From assembly GCA_963782265.1 (NCBI GenBank), contig CAWAJD010000009.1:101-64100 (forward strand): DNA of 64,000 nt, read 5' to 3'. The notes below the pieces were generated by a model. That model saw nothing but the letters and a program-made list of their open reading frames with translations. It made no database searches and had not been told where the DNA came from. Positions 37,049 through 46,519 of the stretch are shown here, in pieces. How positions within the stretch are numbered: the stretch's first letter is position 1; every line of letters begins with the position of its first letter. The translations under genes and the position numbers were made by a program. Source of the DNA: Vulcanimicrobiota bacterium (lineage in GTDB: Bacteria > Vulcanimicrobiota > Vulcanimicrobiia > Vulcanimicrobiales > Vulcanimicrobiaceae).

Positions 37049-38083
37049 CTACGTCTTCATCCCGGCGGTTGGGGCTTGGGTCGGGAGCAGGGCATTGCCG
37101 AGGGCCGGCGGCGCCGACCGCACGACGCCGTGCAGCATGTCGGACCAGGCCAGCGTGAGGATCGGCAGCAGGCTGATCAGCCGGTGAATGCCGTTCGGCA
37201 GCGAGTAAAAGGAGACGGGGACGCCTTGGCTGCTCAAGTAGGAGGCGGTGATCGTCGGGTACTGCGTCGGAATGCTCTCGTCTTTGATCCCGGTGAGCAC
37301 GTAGAACGGCGTGTTCGGCATATAGGCGAGCAGGCGCGGCGCATCGCTGCCGAGCAGCGCGCCGGAAATGCACATCACCGCGCTCCAGGTGTTGGGCCGG
37401 TCCGGGGCGACTTCGAAGACCGAAAAACCGCCCATCGAATAGCCCATGAGATAGCGCTTGCGCGGATCGACGGTAAACGCTTTTTCCGCCGCATCGAGCG
37501 CGTCGTAGACGTCGTCTTTCGTTCCGCGGAAATCGTAGTAGCCGCGTCCGTACGGCGCGACCAGAATCGTGCCGTTTGCTTCCGCAAGCTCGCGCACGTA
37601 ACGCGGCGCGAGCAGCTGCGACTCCGACTGTGGATTTCCGTGCAGAAAGACGATCAGTGGTGCGGCTTTTCCCGGGACGTACGACGCGGGCACGTATACC
37701 GCGACGGGCTGCATAGAGCCGTCCTTGGAGGAGCGAACGAACGTTTCGCCTAGACCGCGAATCGACGCCATCGGCGTAATCGTACCGGTAAGCAGTTGAT
37801 TGGCTAGGCTAAGATCGAGCGTGGCAACGCCGTAAGTCGTGATCTGCCAGGTTGCCTGGTCGTATCCGGTCGGAGCGGGCTCGCTCGTCAACATGTCCTG
37901 ATCGTCGAGCAGACGCTGGTAGTAATCCATCGTCGTGTCGCGGCTCGTGATTTTGGCGATTTGGACGAGGTTCGCGTAATACGACGTCGCGGCATCGTGC
38001 AGCGCCGCGACGAGGCCGGTGGGTCCCGAAACGCCGAGTAGGAGGAACGATAAGAGCGCGGTTGCCGCGAACCGGGCGAGCAT
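37049..38083 (-). CDS. Secreted alpha/beta hydrolase (esterase/peptidase S9-like)
   Basis: PLIVFLHGNPQSE..., nucleophile elbow GYSMGG and a later ...TGIKDESIP. The start could be as far upstream as 38125. Confidence 0.65.
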   Translation of the reverse strand: MLARFAATALLSFLLLGVSGPTGLVAALHDAATSYYANLVQIAKITSRDTTMDYYQRLLDDQDMLTSEPAPTGYDQATWQITTYGVATLDLSLANQLLTGTITPMASIRGLGETFVRSSKDGSMQPVAVYVPASYVPGKAAPLIVFLHGNPQSESQLLAPRYVRELAEANGTILVAPYGRGYYDFRGTKDDVYDALDAAEKAFTVDPRKRYLMGYSMGGFSVFEVAPDRPNTWSAVMCISGALLGSDAPRLLAYMPNTPFYVLTGIKDESIPTQYPTITASYLSSQGVPVSFYSLPNGIHRLISLLPILTLAWSDMLHGVVRSAPPALGNALLPTQAPTAGMKT

Positions 38084-38152
38084 CGTACCGGCTATTGTAC
38101 CGTGTGGACGCACCGCAAGCATCAAGTCAATTCAAAGCGCGCGTTGGAATTT

Positions 38153-38638
38153 CTAGTAGACCAGATGGACGGATTCGGGGATCGTGTGGTCGCTAATCTC
38201 AAAGAGTGTGACCGGCGTGCCCTTGTAGTTGGTTTTTACGAGGTGCCCGACGAACGCAACGTCGACGCCGGCGATTCGAAAGCGCGCTTGCTGCTTGCCG
38301 TCACACGGCTGCTGGACCGGATCCTCTTTGACGATCGCGGACGAGCGATTCGCGAGGTAGCCGATTTCAAAGACGCACGCGCCCGGCGTCGGTGCCGGGC
38401 GATCGTACATCAGCACGCTGCGCACGCCTGGGACGGTGTCGCCCTGCGCGAATCGAACTGCGGACGTCATTTTCAGGACCGGAGTGACCGGCCCGACGAT
38501 GGTGGTGAGGGTTCCGTCCGGGTCGCCGGACGCCGTTGCGCCGGCGAAGTCCTGGGCGGTGTGATGGTCCGGCGTTCCGCAGGCCGCGAGGGCGACGGCC
38601 GCAGCGATCGTCAGTAAAGTCAGCCGAGCGTTTTGCAC
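38153..38638 (-). CDS. Hypothetical lipoprotein
   Basis: MQNARLTLLTIAAAVALAACG, a lipobox. Confidence 0.5.
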   Translation of the reverse strand: MQNARLTLLTIAAAVALAACGTPDHHTAQDFAGATASGDPDGTLTTIVGPVTPVLKMTSAVRFAQGDTVPGVRSVLMYDRPAPTPGACVFEIGYLANRSSAIVKEDPVQQPCDGKQQARFRIAGVDVAFVGHLVKTNYKGTPVTLFEISDHTIPESVHLVY

Positions 38639-38664
38639 CCGGCAAGTTTAGCACGAAGCGCGCG

Positions 38665-39405
38665 TTAGATCCCAGCGTACCACTCGTAGCCCTGGTCTTC
38701 CCAGTAGCCTCCGCCTCCGCCGTAAATGTTCGCGTAGCTGCCGACCAGTTCGATCCGCCCGACCCATTTCGCGCTCTTGTAACCGAGCTGCGTCGGCACG
38801 CGCAGCCGCACCGGCGCGCCGTGCGCTGCATCCAGCGGCGCGTCGTTGAGGCGCAATGCCAACAGTGCCTGCGGGTGGTTGGCTTGATGAAGGTCCAGGC
38901 TTTCGTAGTAGAGGTGGCCTTGGCCGTCGTTGTCCAAGCAGTGAAACACGACGTACTTCGCATCGGTGCGCGGACTCACGGCGGCCAGCACGTCGGACAA
39001 ACGCACGCCGCTCCACTTGCCGATCGCACTCCAGCCTTCGACGCAATCGTGCCGCGTGATCTGCGTCTGCTCGCCCATATGCTGCAGCTCCGCAAGCGCG
39101 AACGCGCGGCTCCGCTCGACCGCACCGTCGACGACGAGTTTATAGGAACGAAACCCGTCGGTCATCATGCGCACGTACGATTGATCCGTCGGCGGCGAGA
39201 AGCCGTTCACGCGAAAGTTCGCGTCGACGTCGCGATCGTTATACAGGCGCGCCAAACCGCGCGTTCCGATGACCGCATGATCCAAGCCTTCGGCCGATTC
39301 GAGCATACGCCGGAAACCCTGGTTGTTATTCAACGCGGTGCCGATCGGCGAACAACCCGCCAGCGCGGCCGAGATCGACGATGCGAGAAAGAGTTTGCGC
39401 TTCAC
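38665..39405 (-). CDS. Molybdopterin-dependent oxidoreductase, MsrP/YedY-like catalytic subunit
   Basis: ITRHDCVEGWSAIGKWSGVRLSDVL...NDAPL..AHGAPVRLRVPTQLGYKSAKWV. GTGA overlap with the cytochrome b gene. Confidence 0.75.
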   Translation of the reverse strand: MKRKLFLASSISAALAGCSPIGTALNNNQGFRRMLESAEGLDHAVIGTRGLARLYNDRDVDANFRVNGFSPPTDQSYVRMMTDGFRSYKLVVDGAVERSRAFALAELQHMGEQTQITRHDCVEGWSAIGKWSGVRLSDVLAAVSPRTDAKYVVFHCLDNDGQGHLYYESLDLHQANHPQALLALRLNDAPLDAAHGAPVRLRVPTQLGYKSAKWVGRIELVGSYANIYGGGGGYWEDQGYEWYAGI

Positions 39406-40217
39406 GATTCGTGCGAGTCCAGACGGTAGCGGCCGGTAATCATCGAGTTCATTTGATTCATGAAGCCTTGGGTCGCAACTTGGAAGACGTGAACCAGCAT
39501 AAAGGCGATCAACGCGAACATCCCGGCGAAATGCCACAACCGCGCGAACTGCCGACCGCCGAGCAGCCACGTGAGCGGATTGGCAATCGCGTCGATGCCC
39601 GGCGACAACGCTAGACCCGTCAGCACGACGAACGGCGCGAGCACGAAGCCGACGCTCGTGTACGCGGCTTTTTGCAGGGGGTTGTAGATGCCGTGCGGCG
39701 GCGGCTCCTTGCGCAGCTTTAAATAATAAGCCTGCATCGGCCAGAGCTTTGGGATATCGCTCGGCATCAGCAGCATGTCGCGCAAGCTTCCCTTTATTGC
39801 GGTGGAGACGATCCACGCGAGCCAGCACGCCGCCGCAAACCAAGCGAAGAATAGGTGCCAGCGACGGCCGTCGGCGAGGTCTTGGAAGGCCGGTATCGTG
39901 ATCCAGCCGGGGAAGGCGCGCGCGGTCTTGCCGCCCGTCCCGTCGTCGGTCCAACCGAGCCAGCCCGTGGTGTTGAAGTCGTGCCCCAAGATCGTCGTGA
40001 CGCCGGCTCCGTCCTCCGGGGAACCGATGGCCAGCACGCGCCGCGCCGGATTGCTCTTATCGGAGGCGTCGAGCATCGGGGAGGCATTGAAGATCTGCAG
40101 CCCGCTCGAGACCAGAATGCCGAACGCGATCACCCAAAACCAATGGCTTGCCCGCGTGACGAAGCTATAGCGGTTGATGACCTTTGGGGCGGCGGTAGGC
40201 GTGGGCATCTTCCTCAC
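39402..40217 (-). CDS. Cytochrome b561/b-type membrane subunit (MsrQ/PhsC-like)
   Basis: RYSFVTRASHWFWVIAFGILVSSGLQIF, several TM helices with conserved His, and partnership with the Mo enzyme. Confidence 0.65.
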   Translation of the reverse strand: MRKMPTPTAAPKVINRYSFVTRASHWFWVIAFGILVSSGLQIFNASPMLDASDKSNPARRVLAIGSPEDGAGVTTILGHDFNTTGWLGWTDDGTGGKTARAFPGWITIPAFQDLADGRRWHLFFAWFAAACWLAWIVSTAIKGSLRDMLLMPSDIPKLWPMQAYYLKLRKEPPPHGIYNPLQKAAYTSVGFVLAPFVVLTGLALSPGIDAIANPLTWLLGGRQFARLWHFAGMFALIAFMLVHVFQVATQGFMNQMNSMITGRYRLDSHES

Positions 40218-40263
40218 TATACGCCATCAAGGCGAGTTTGGATGACAGCGAGAAGCGCCGGGC

Positions 40264-41046
40264 ATGCCCGATTCGACCGTGACTCTTGCCATGGACGGCG
40301 GCGTTGCCCGCGTAACGCTGGCGCGCCCCGACGTTCGCAACGCCTTCAATACCGACGTCATTCGCGAACTCCACGCCATTTTCACCCGTCTTTCCGGCGA
40401 TACGGCCGTCCGCGCCGTCGTCCTAGCGGGCGAAGGAAAGGTCTTTTGCGGCGGCGCCGACGTCAACTGGATGCGCGCATCGCTCGAGCTGACGTTCGAT
40501 GAGAACGTCGCCGACTCCGAACGCATGAGCGACATGTATCGCGCGATCGATCGCTGCAGCAAGCCCGTGATCGCGCGGATCCACGGCGCGGCGCTCGGCG
40601 GCGGCGCGGGCCTTGCAGCCGTCTGCGATATCGCGATTGCAAGCGACGACGCGCTCTTTGGGTTCACCGAGACCAAACTCGGTATCATCCCAGCGGTGAT
40701 CTCGCCGTTCGTGCTGGCGAAGATCGGCGTATCGTACGCACGCGCGCTCTTCCTTACCGGCGAGCGGTTCGGGGCCGAGCGTGCGCGCACGATCGGTTTG
40801 ATCCACGAGGTCGTGGCCGTTACGGAACTCGATGCTGCGGTGGATCGCGTGCTCGCCGAACTGCGCACCGCCGGTCCGTCTGCGGTCGCCGCCGTCAAGC
40901 AGCTGATCCCCGTCGTCACCGCGGCGAGCTACGACGAGTCGAAGACGCTAACGGCGCAAGCGATCGCCAAACAGCGCGTTACGCCGGAAGGCCAAGAGGG
41001 CCTGCGCGCGTTTCTCGAGCGTCGCCCCGCCGGATTCGCGCAATGA
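40264..41046 (+). CDS. liuC: Enoyl-CoA hydratase/isomerase family, likely methylglutaconyl-CoA hydratase
   Basis: VVLAGEGKVFCGGADV...ARIHGAALGGGAGLAAVCDIAIAS..FGFTETKLGIIPA. Overlaps the mccA start. Confidence 0.7.
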   Translation: MPDSTVTLAMDGGVARVTLARPDVRNAFNTDVIRELHAIFTRLSGDTAVRAVVLAGEGKVFCGGADVNWMRASLELTFDENVADSERMSDMYRAIDRCSKPVIARIHGAALGGGAGLAAVCDIAIASDDALFGFTETKLGIIPAVISPFVLAKIGVSYARALFLTGERFGAERARTIGLIHEVVAVTELDAAVDRVLAELRTAGPSAVAAVKQLIPVVTAASYDESKTLTAQAIAKQRVTPEGQEGLRAFLERRPAGFAQ

Positions 41047-42980
41047 TCCGCCGGCTGCTGATCGCCAATCGCGGCGAGATCGCGGTCCGCGTCGCGCGCG
41101 CGGCGCGCGAAATGTCCATCGTTCCACTCGGCATTTATTCGCAGGCCGACGAGAACGCCTATCACCTGCGGTTTATGGACGACGCGCGCTGCGTCGGCCC
41201 CGCGCCTGCATCGGAATCGTATCTCAACATCGGTAACGTCATCGCGGCGGCGGTGAGCATGAATGCCGACGCCGTGCACCCGGGTTATGGCTTTCTCTCC
41301 GAACGCGCCGCATTCGCGCGCGCCGTGCGCGACGCGGGGCTGATCTTCGTCGGGCCGTCACCGGAAGCCATGGCCGCGATGGGCAGCAAGATCGATGCGA
41401 AAAGGCGCGTGCGCGAATTCGACGTTCCGACGGTGCCCGGCTACGACGGCGACGATCAGAGCCTGCCCACGCTGCGCGTGGAGGCCGAACGCATCGGATT
41501 TCCGCTGCTGATCAAAGCCAGCGCCGGCGGCGGCGGCCGCGGCATGCGCGTCGTGGAATCGCTCGGGCAGTTCGACGAATCGCTCGACGCCGCAAAACGC
41601 GAAGCGCTCGCTGCCTTCGGCGACGATGCCGTGCTGCTGGAGCGTTACTTGCGCGATCCGCGCCACATCGAGTTCCAGGTGCTGGCCGACGCGCACGGCA
41701 ACACGCTGCATCTCGGCGAGCGCGAATGTTCGATCCAGCGCCGCCACCAAAAAATCGTGGAGGAGGCACCCTCGGTCGCGCTCTCGCCCGAACTGCGAGC
41801 GACGATGGGCGCCGCCGCCGTGCGCGCCGCACGATCCGTCGACTACGTGAACGCCGGAACGTGCGAGTTCATGCTCGATACGGACGGCAGCTTCTTCTTC
41901 CTGGAGATGAACACGCGGCTGCAAGTCGAGCATCCCGTTACCGAACTCGTCTACGGCATCGATTTGGTGCAATGGCAGCTGCGCGTTGCCAACGGCGATG
42001 CGTTGACGTTCTCGCAAGACGACGTGCGGCCGCGCGGCTGGGCGATCGAGACGCGCATCTACGCCGAGGATCCGTCCAATCACATGCTGCCCTCGACCGG
42101 CACGATCGTGCGCTGGTCCCCGCCGGAAGGTCCCGGCGTTCGCGTGGATGCGGGCGTAACGACGGGAAGCGAGGTGAGCGTCTACTACGATCCGATGCTC
42201 GCGAAACTGATCGTCTTCGGCAGCGATCGCTTACACGCCGTCGCGCGCCTCACCACCGCGCTCGAATCGTTTCGGATCGACGGCGTGCGCGCCAACGTGC
42301 CGCTGCTGCTCTGGATCGCGCGCAACGACGCGTTTCGAGCCGGCGACACCACCACCAGCTTCCTCACCAAGTATCTGGACGAATCGATCTTCACGCGCGG
42401 CACGTTGCCGCGCGAAGCCGGACTGTTGTGCGCCGCCGCACTGCTGCTCGACGGAATCGCACCGTGGCGCATCGCGCACGTCGGCGTGCCGATCCGCTTG
42501 CAGCACGACGCAAAGACGATCGAGTATCGCGCCGACGCGACGTCTGCGCGGGGCAAATGGCACCTCACCGGCGACGCGGCCGGCCTGCTGCACGCTCGTC
42601 GCGCCGGCGGCGCGATCGCCGTCGATTTCGAGGGCGCGCAATTTACCGGCGACGTCACGTGTGTCGACGGCACGTTCTCGGTGCATTACGACGGCGCAAA
42701 CTACGATCTGCGCTTCGCCGATCCGCCGAGCTCCGACGCTGCGGTCGCGATCGGCGGCGCGGGCAGCGACGGGCGCGTCACCGCACCGATGCCCGGCAAG
42801 ATCGTGAAAATCGCCGTACGCGAAGGCGACGACGTTGCCGAACGCGCGCTGCTGATCGTGCTCGAAGCAATGAAGATGGAACATCGCATCGAATCGACCA
42901 ACGCCGCCAGCGTCAAGTCCATCTTGGTCAGGGAAGGCGACATCGTTCCGAGCGGCGCGCCGCTGATCGAACTCGGCTAG
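41043..42980 (+). CDS. mccA: Methylcrotonyl-CoA carboxylase alpha subunit (biotin carboxylase plus BCCP domain)
   Basis: LLIANRGEIAVRVARAA, the ATP-grasp KASAGGGGRGMRVV, EMNTRLQVEHPVTE, and the biotinylation motif LEAMKMEH. Confidence 0.85.
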   Translation: MIRRLLIANRGEIAVRVARAAREMSIVPLGIYSQADENAYHLRFMDDARCVGPAPASESYLNIGNVIAAAVSMNADAVHPGYGFLSERAAFARAVRDAGLIFVGPSPEAMAAMGSKIDAKRRVREFDVPTVPGYDGDDQSLPTLRVEAERIGFPLLIKASAGGGGRGMRVVESLGQFDESLDAAKREALAAFGDDAVLLERYLRDPRHIEFQVLADAHGNTLHLGERECSIQRRHQKIVEEAPSVALSPELRATMGAAAVRAARSVDYVNAGTCEFMLDTDGSFFFLEMNTRLQVEHPVTELVYGIDLVQWQLRVANGDALTFSQDDVRPRGWAIETRIYAEDPSNHMLPSTGTIVRWSPPEGPGVRVDAGVTTGSEVSVYYDPMLAKLIVFGSDRLHAVARLTTALESFRIDGVRANVPLLLWIARNDAFRAGDTTTSFLTKYLDESIFTRGTLPREAGLLCAAALLLDGIAPWRIAHVGVPIRLQHDAKTIEYRADATSARGKWHLTGDAAGLLHARRAGGAIAVDFEGAQFTGDVTCVDGTFSVHYDGANYDLRFADPPSSDAAVAIGGAGSDGRVTAPMPGKIVKIAVREGDDVAERALLIVLEAMKMEHRIESTNAASVKSILVREGDIVPSGAPLIELG

Positions 42981-43076
42981 CGACGAGCGGCCCGCTCAAT
43001 CGCCTCGGAAGGCAGGTGAGCGAGCAACCGCACGGCGTACACCCGTATACGCGCCAGCACTTTAAGGAGACGTCGT

Positions 43077-43553
43077 ATGCATCGTTTGGTTTTCTCGGTT
43101 CTCGCTGCTTGCCTGATGACGACGACGAGTGCCGTCGCCGCACCTCCAGATGCCGAGATGCAGCTTCCGCCACAGCCGGCGGTCCGCCCGGCCGGGATTC
43201 CAGAGGGCGCCGTTATGGTGAGCCCCTGCATTGCAACGATGGGTGAACACTGGGTCAATCTCAAGGATGCGCCGCTCGGCCCCATCTACGGCGTTTGGAA
43301 CGGCAAACCGGTCTTCACGGAGATCATGGTTTCGGTGAAGCAGTTGCAAGACGGCTTCAGTTACGCAAACATCCACGCGCTGCCCGGCTATACGATCGAT
43401 CACATCGACTTTAGGTTCGAACCGAACGGTCACGGCGGCTTCCCCGTGCCGCACTACGACCTGCACGCCTACTACGTTTCGCCCGCGGTTCAAGCGACGA
43501 TCTGCCCCGACGGCATACCCGATCCGTCGATGAAGGCGATGAATCGGCCCTAG
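43077..43553 (+). CDS. Secreted hypothetical protein
   Basis: AAGGAGA lies before ATG. Signal peptide MHRLVFSVLAACLMTTTSAVA. Confidence 0.5.
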   Translation: MHRLVFSVLAACLMTTTSAVAAPPDAEMQLPPQPAVRPAGIPEGAVMVSPCIATMGEHWVNLKDAPLGPIYGVWNGKPVFTEIMVSVKQLQDGFSYANIHALPGYTIDHIDFRFEPNGHGGFPVPHYDLHAYYVSPAVQATICPDGIPDPSMKAMNRP

Positions 43554-44119
43554 TGCTTGACGACCGACGAGCACGTCCCGTGCACGTCGTCGCTTGCATC
43601 GACTTCCACTCCGGAGAATCCGCCGGCTGCCGCGTTGCAGTTAACGACTTCGTGACAGCCGTCCCAGGCACTAATGGAGTTTGCTCCCGAGCCCGTCGTA
43701 ACGATCACGCGCGCCGGAGAACACGGCGCGCCGGTATGCTGGCCACCGCCGCCCTGATACGCGCTCCACGTGCCGCCGTGCAGCATTTTGAACTGCACCG
43801 AACCGACGGCGTCCGCCGGACATTGTATTGCAGTCGGCGTCATTGCGTTACCCTGTTTTACCGTGCAGGCACTCGCCGTCGCGGGAATTCCGACCATGCC
43901 TTGGCTCACGTTGATCGTATAGCATGGTTTCCCGCTATCGCATTGTTCGACGTACGAGAAGTGCACGTTCGCCGCTTCGGTATTGACCGTGACGATTAAC
44001 CCGTCGGCGTCGTTGTCGACGCGAACGCCGGTCGTATCCGCCGGCGCGCTGCGGCTCAGTACGACGAAAGCTCCGGCAAGCGCCAATAAGGCAACGGCGA
44101 AGACCCGAATCCGATGCAT
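43550..44119 (-). CDS. Secreted Cys-rich hypothetical protein
   Basis: GGAGGG lies before ATG 44119. It has a signal peptide and about 10 Cys in the mature part. Confidence 0.5.
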   Translation of the reverse strand: MHRIRVFAVALLALAGAFVVLSRSAPADTTGVRVDNDADGLIVTVNTEAANVHFSYVEQCDSGKPCYTINVSQGMVGIPATASACTVKQGNAMTPTAIQCPADAVGSVQFKMLHGGTWSAYQGGGGQHTGAPCSPARVIVTTGSGANSISAWDGCHEVVNCNAAAGGFSGVEVDASDDVHGTCSSVVKH

Positions 44120-44223
44120 CGCACCCTCCTCTAGAACGGCCCATGTCACCCACCCTTCGCTCCGCATCGGGCTGCCCCTCGGAAGGTTGCAGCGGACGGA
44201 GTCGAAGGACGGTCTTAAGACAT

Positions 44224-45147
44224 ATGAGCATTCCCAAAGAAGTCACACTGTTCGAGATGGGCCCGCGCGACGGGCTCCAAAACGAATCCGCGCTCGTCCC
44301 GGCCGACGCCAAGGTCGCCTTTATCGACCTGCTGAGCGAGACGGGGTTGCGCTGGATCGAAGCGACCTCGTTCGTGAGCCCGAAGGCGATCCCGCAGCTG
44401 GCCGATGCTGCCGACGTCTTCACGCGGATCCGTAAGGCGCCGGGCGTGCGCTATCCCGTGTTGACCCCCAACCTCAAGGGTTACGAGCGTGCCAAGGCGG
44501 TGGAGGCCGATGCGATCGCCGTGTTCACCGCGGCTTCGGAACACTTCACGAAACGCAACATCAATATGACGATCGACGAATCGCTGGAAACGTTCCGCGA
44601 GGTCGTGCGCGCCGCCAAAGCCGACGGCATGTGGGTGCGCGGTTACGTTTCGACCGCGTTCGGTTCGCCCTTCGGCGACGAAGTGACGCCGCAGATGGTC
44701 GTCGACGTCAGCGTGAAGCTCATGGAGATGGGCTGCGATTCGCTCTCGATCGGCGACACCATCGGCGTTGGCGTACCGAGCCAAGTCGACGAACTCGTGC
44801 CGCTCCTGGTCAAGAAGGTTCCGTTGGAGCAGATCGCTTTTCATTTCCACGACACGCGCGGCACGGCGCTCGCCAACGTCTACGCCGCGCTGCAAAACGG
44901 CATTGCGAACTTCGATTCATCCTCCGGCGGTCTGGGCGGCTGCCCGTACGCACCGGGCGCCACCGGCAACGTCGGGACCGAAGACGTGCTCTACTTACTG
45001 CACAACATGAAGATCGAGACCGGCGTCGATCTCGCAAAAATCCGCGCCGCTTCGCGCTTTATCGCAACCGTTCTGGATCACTCGCTCACCAGCAAGGCCT
45101 ATCAAGCCATGGAAGCCTCGGACCTGCGCATCGTGACGGCGATCTAA
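44224..45147 (+). CDS. hmgL: Hydroxymethylglutaryl-CoA lyase
   Basis: VTLFEMGPRDGLQNE...IEATSFVSPKAIPQ...SIGDTIGVG...IAFHFHDTRGTALANV...FDSSSGGLGGCPYAPGATGNV. Confidence 0.85.
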   Translation: MSIPKEVTLFEMGPRDGLQNESALVPADAKVAFIDLLSETGLRWIEATSFVSPKAIPQLADAADVFTRIRKAPGVRYPVLTPNLKGYERAKAVEADAIAVFTAASEHFTKRNINMTIDESLETFREVVRAAKADGMWVRGYVSTAFGSPFGDEVTPQMVVDVSVKLMEMGCDSLSIGDTIGVGVPSQVDELVPLLVKKVPLEQIAFHFHDTRGTALANVYAALQNGIANFDSSSGGLGGCPYAPGATGNVGTEDVLYLLHNMKIETGVDLAKIRAASRFIATVLDHSLTSKAYQAMEASDLRIVTAI

Positions 45148-45148
45148 C

Positions 45149-46003
45149 GTGTCGACGCCGCGGAAACCCTCTGCAGCCGAAGCGACGGTCGCACGTTACA
45201 TCACCGAGCTAAAGAAGCTGCGTGCCGAGCGCGACCGGCTCATCGAACTTCCGATGTCGGACAAGACGCGCGGGCCCGCACTTCGAAAACTCTACGAAGA
45301 GCGCGGGCGGCTTCTGGCGCCGCTCGGGCCGCTCTTTCACGAATTGATTGAAGGCGGCGCGATCGACGTACAGTACGAACGCGATCCCTCGAAGACGGAC
45401 GACGCGTATTTGCTCTTCGACGTACACGATCACGAAGTCGACAAGCAAAACGGCTCCGTCACCTTGTTGAGCTACGGCGTCGGCGAATCGAGCGATCCGC
45501 CGCCGGCGCTGGAAACCGAGGATGGGGAGAACATCCAGCGCGTGCTCGAGAATGAAGGCGAAGTCTTCCGCGTACCGGTCACGTCGCATTTGATCGTTGC
45601 CGACCGGGTCGATCACGAAGATCACACGCATAAGAGCGTTCGGCAAGTCGCGCTGCTGGCCGACGACTTCTATTCTTCCGATCAAGGCAACGCCGAGGTG
45701 ATCGGCGTGCAGCCGAGCACGCGGCGCGTCGACGCCGTCTTCGGCATCATCGCCGACGACTTAGCGCCGAGCGACGTATCGATCATGTCGCTCGACGCAC
45801 TGCTGCAGCGCGAGCAAATCATTCTGCTCGGGTACGAGTACGACGGCGAGCGCCGTCAATGGCTGCCCGAGTTGGACATCCTGCGCGACGTCATGTCGCA
45901 CGATCGCGAACCCGGCGTCGTGATCGACGGAAAGTTCCGCCGGCTCCCCCGATTGGATCTATCCCCATCGAGCGGCGAGGACGAATCGACCCCACCCGCT
46001 TAG
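45149..46003 (+). CDS. Acidic hypothetical protein (284 aa, GTG start 1 nt after the hmgL stop)
   Basis: Long ORF with coding-like composition. No family recognised. Confidence 0.5.
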   Translation: MSTPRKPSAAEATVARYITELKKLRAERDRLIELPMSDKTRGPALRKLYEERGRLLAPLGPLFHELIEGGAIDVQYERDPSKTDDAYLLFDVHDHEVDKQNGSVTLLSYGVGESSDPPPALETEDGENIQRVLENEGEVFRVPVTSHLIVADRVDHEDHTHKSVRQVALLADDFYSSDQGNAEVIGVQPSTRRVDAVFGIIADDLAPSDVSIMSLDALLQREQIILLGYEYDGERRQWLPELDILRDVMSHDREPGVVIDGKFRRLPRLDLSPSSGEDESTPPA

Positions 46004-46045
46004 GAACGTTTCCGCCGCCGCAGCAAAGGGAATCATGTTGCCGTA

Positions 46046-46519
46046 ATGCCGATTCAATTCAGCGACACGGAGTGGAAGACGAAGAGCGTGGGCGGCTCCA
46101 CGCTCGCCGCGGTCGCGCAAGCCATTTCGCAAATGGAGGAGGCGGCGAAAACGGAGTGGTTCCCCGCTTACACTGCCAACGCGCCGGACGACGTGCTCGC
46201 CAATGTCGCGGTGACGGTACGGACGAAGGTGACGATGCCGCAATGGAGCGGCTATGCAAACGCATCGCAACCCGAACGGGACGAATGGGATCGCTTCTAC
46301 GCCGCGCTTCGCGCGCACGAGCAAGGACATCTCGATCTCGTCACGTCGCAACTCTCCGGTATCGACGAACGTCTCGCCGGGCACTCCACGAGCGACGCCT
46401 CGGCCGCCTGGACGAACGCACTCGTCGAGTTAAACGCCGCAAGCGACGACTACGACACCTCGACCGATCACGGCCGAAGTCAAGGCACGGTCATCGACAC
46501 CAGCCACGCGTCACCCTGA
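46046..46519 (+). CDS. DUF922-like putative Zn-dependent protease
   Basis: HEQGH motif in ...FYAALRAHEQGHLDLV.., size about 157 aa. Confidence 0.55.
   Translation: MPIQFSDTEWKTKSVGGSTLAAVAQAISQMEEAAKTEWFPAYTANAPDDVLANVAVTVRTKVTMPQWSGYANASQPERDEWDRFYAALRAHEQGHLDLVTSQLSGIDERLAGHSTSDASAAWTNALVELNAASDDYDTSTDHGRSQGTVIDTSHASP

Noticed and set aside
41726-43246. 506-aa plus-strand ORF
   Set aside because: It lies out of frame within mccA, which has clear biotin carboxylase and BCCP motifs. Its composition is dominated by Arg.
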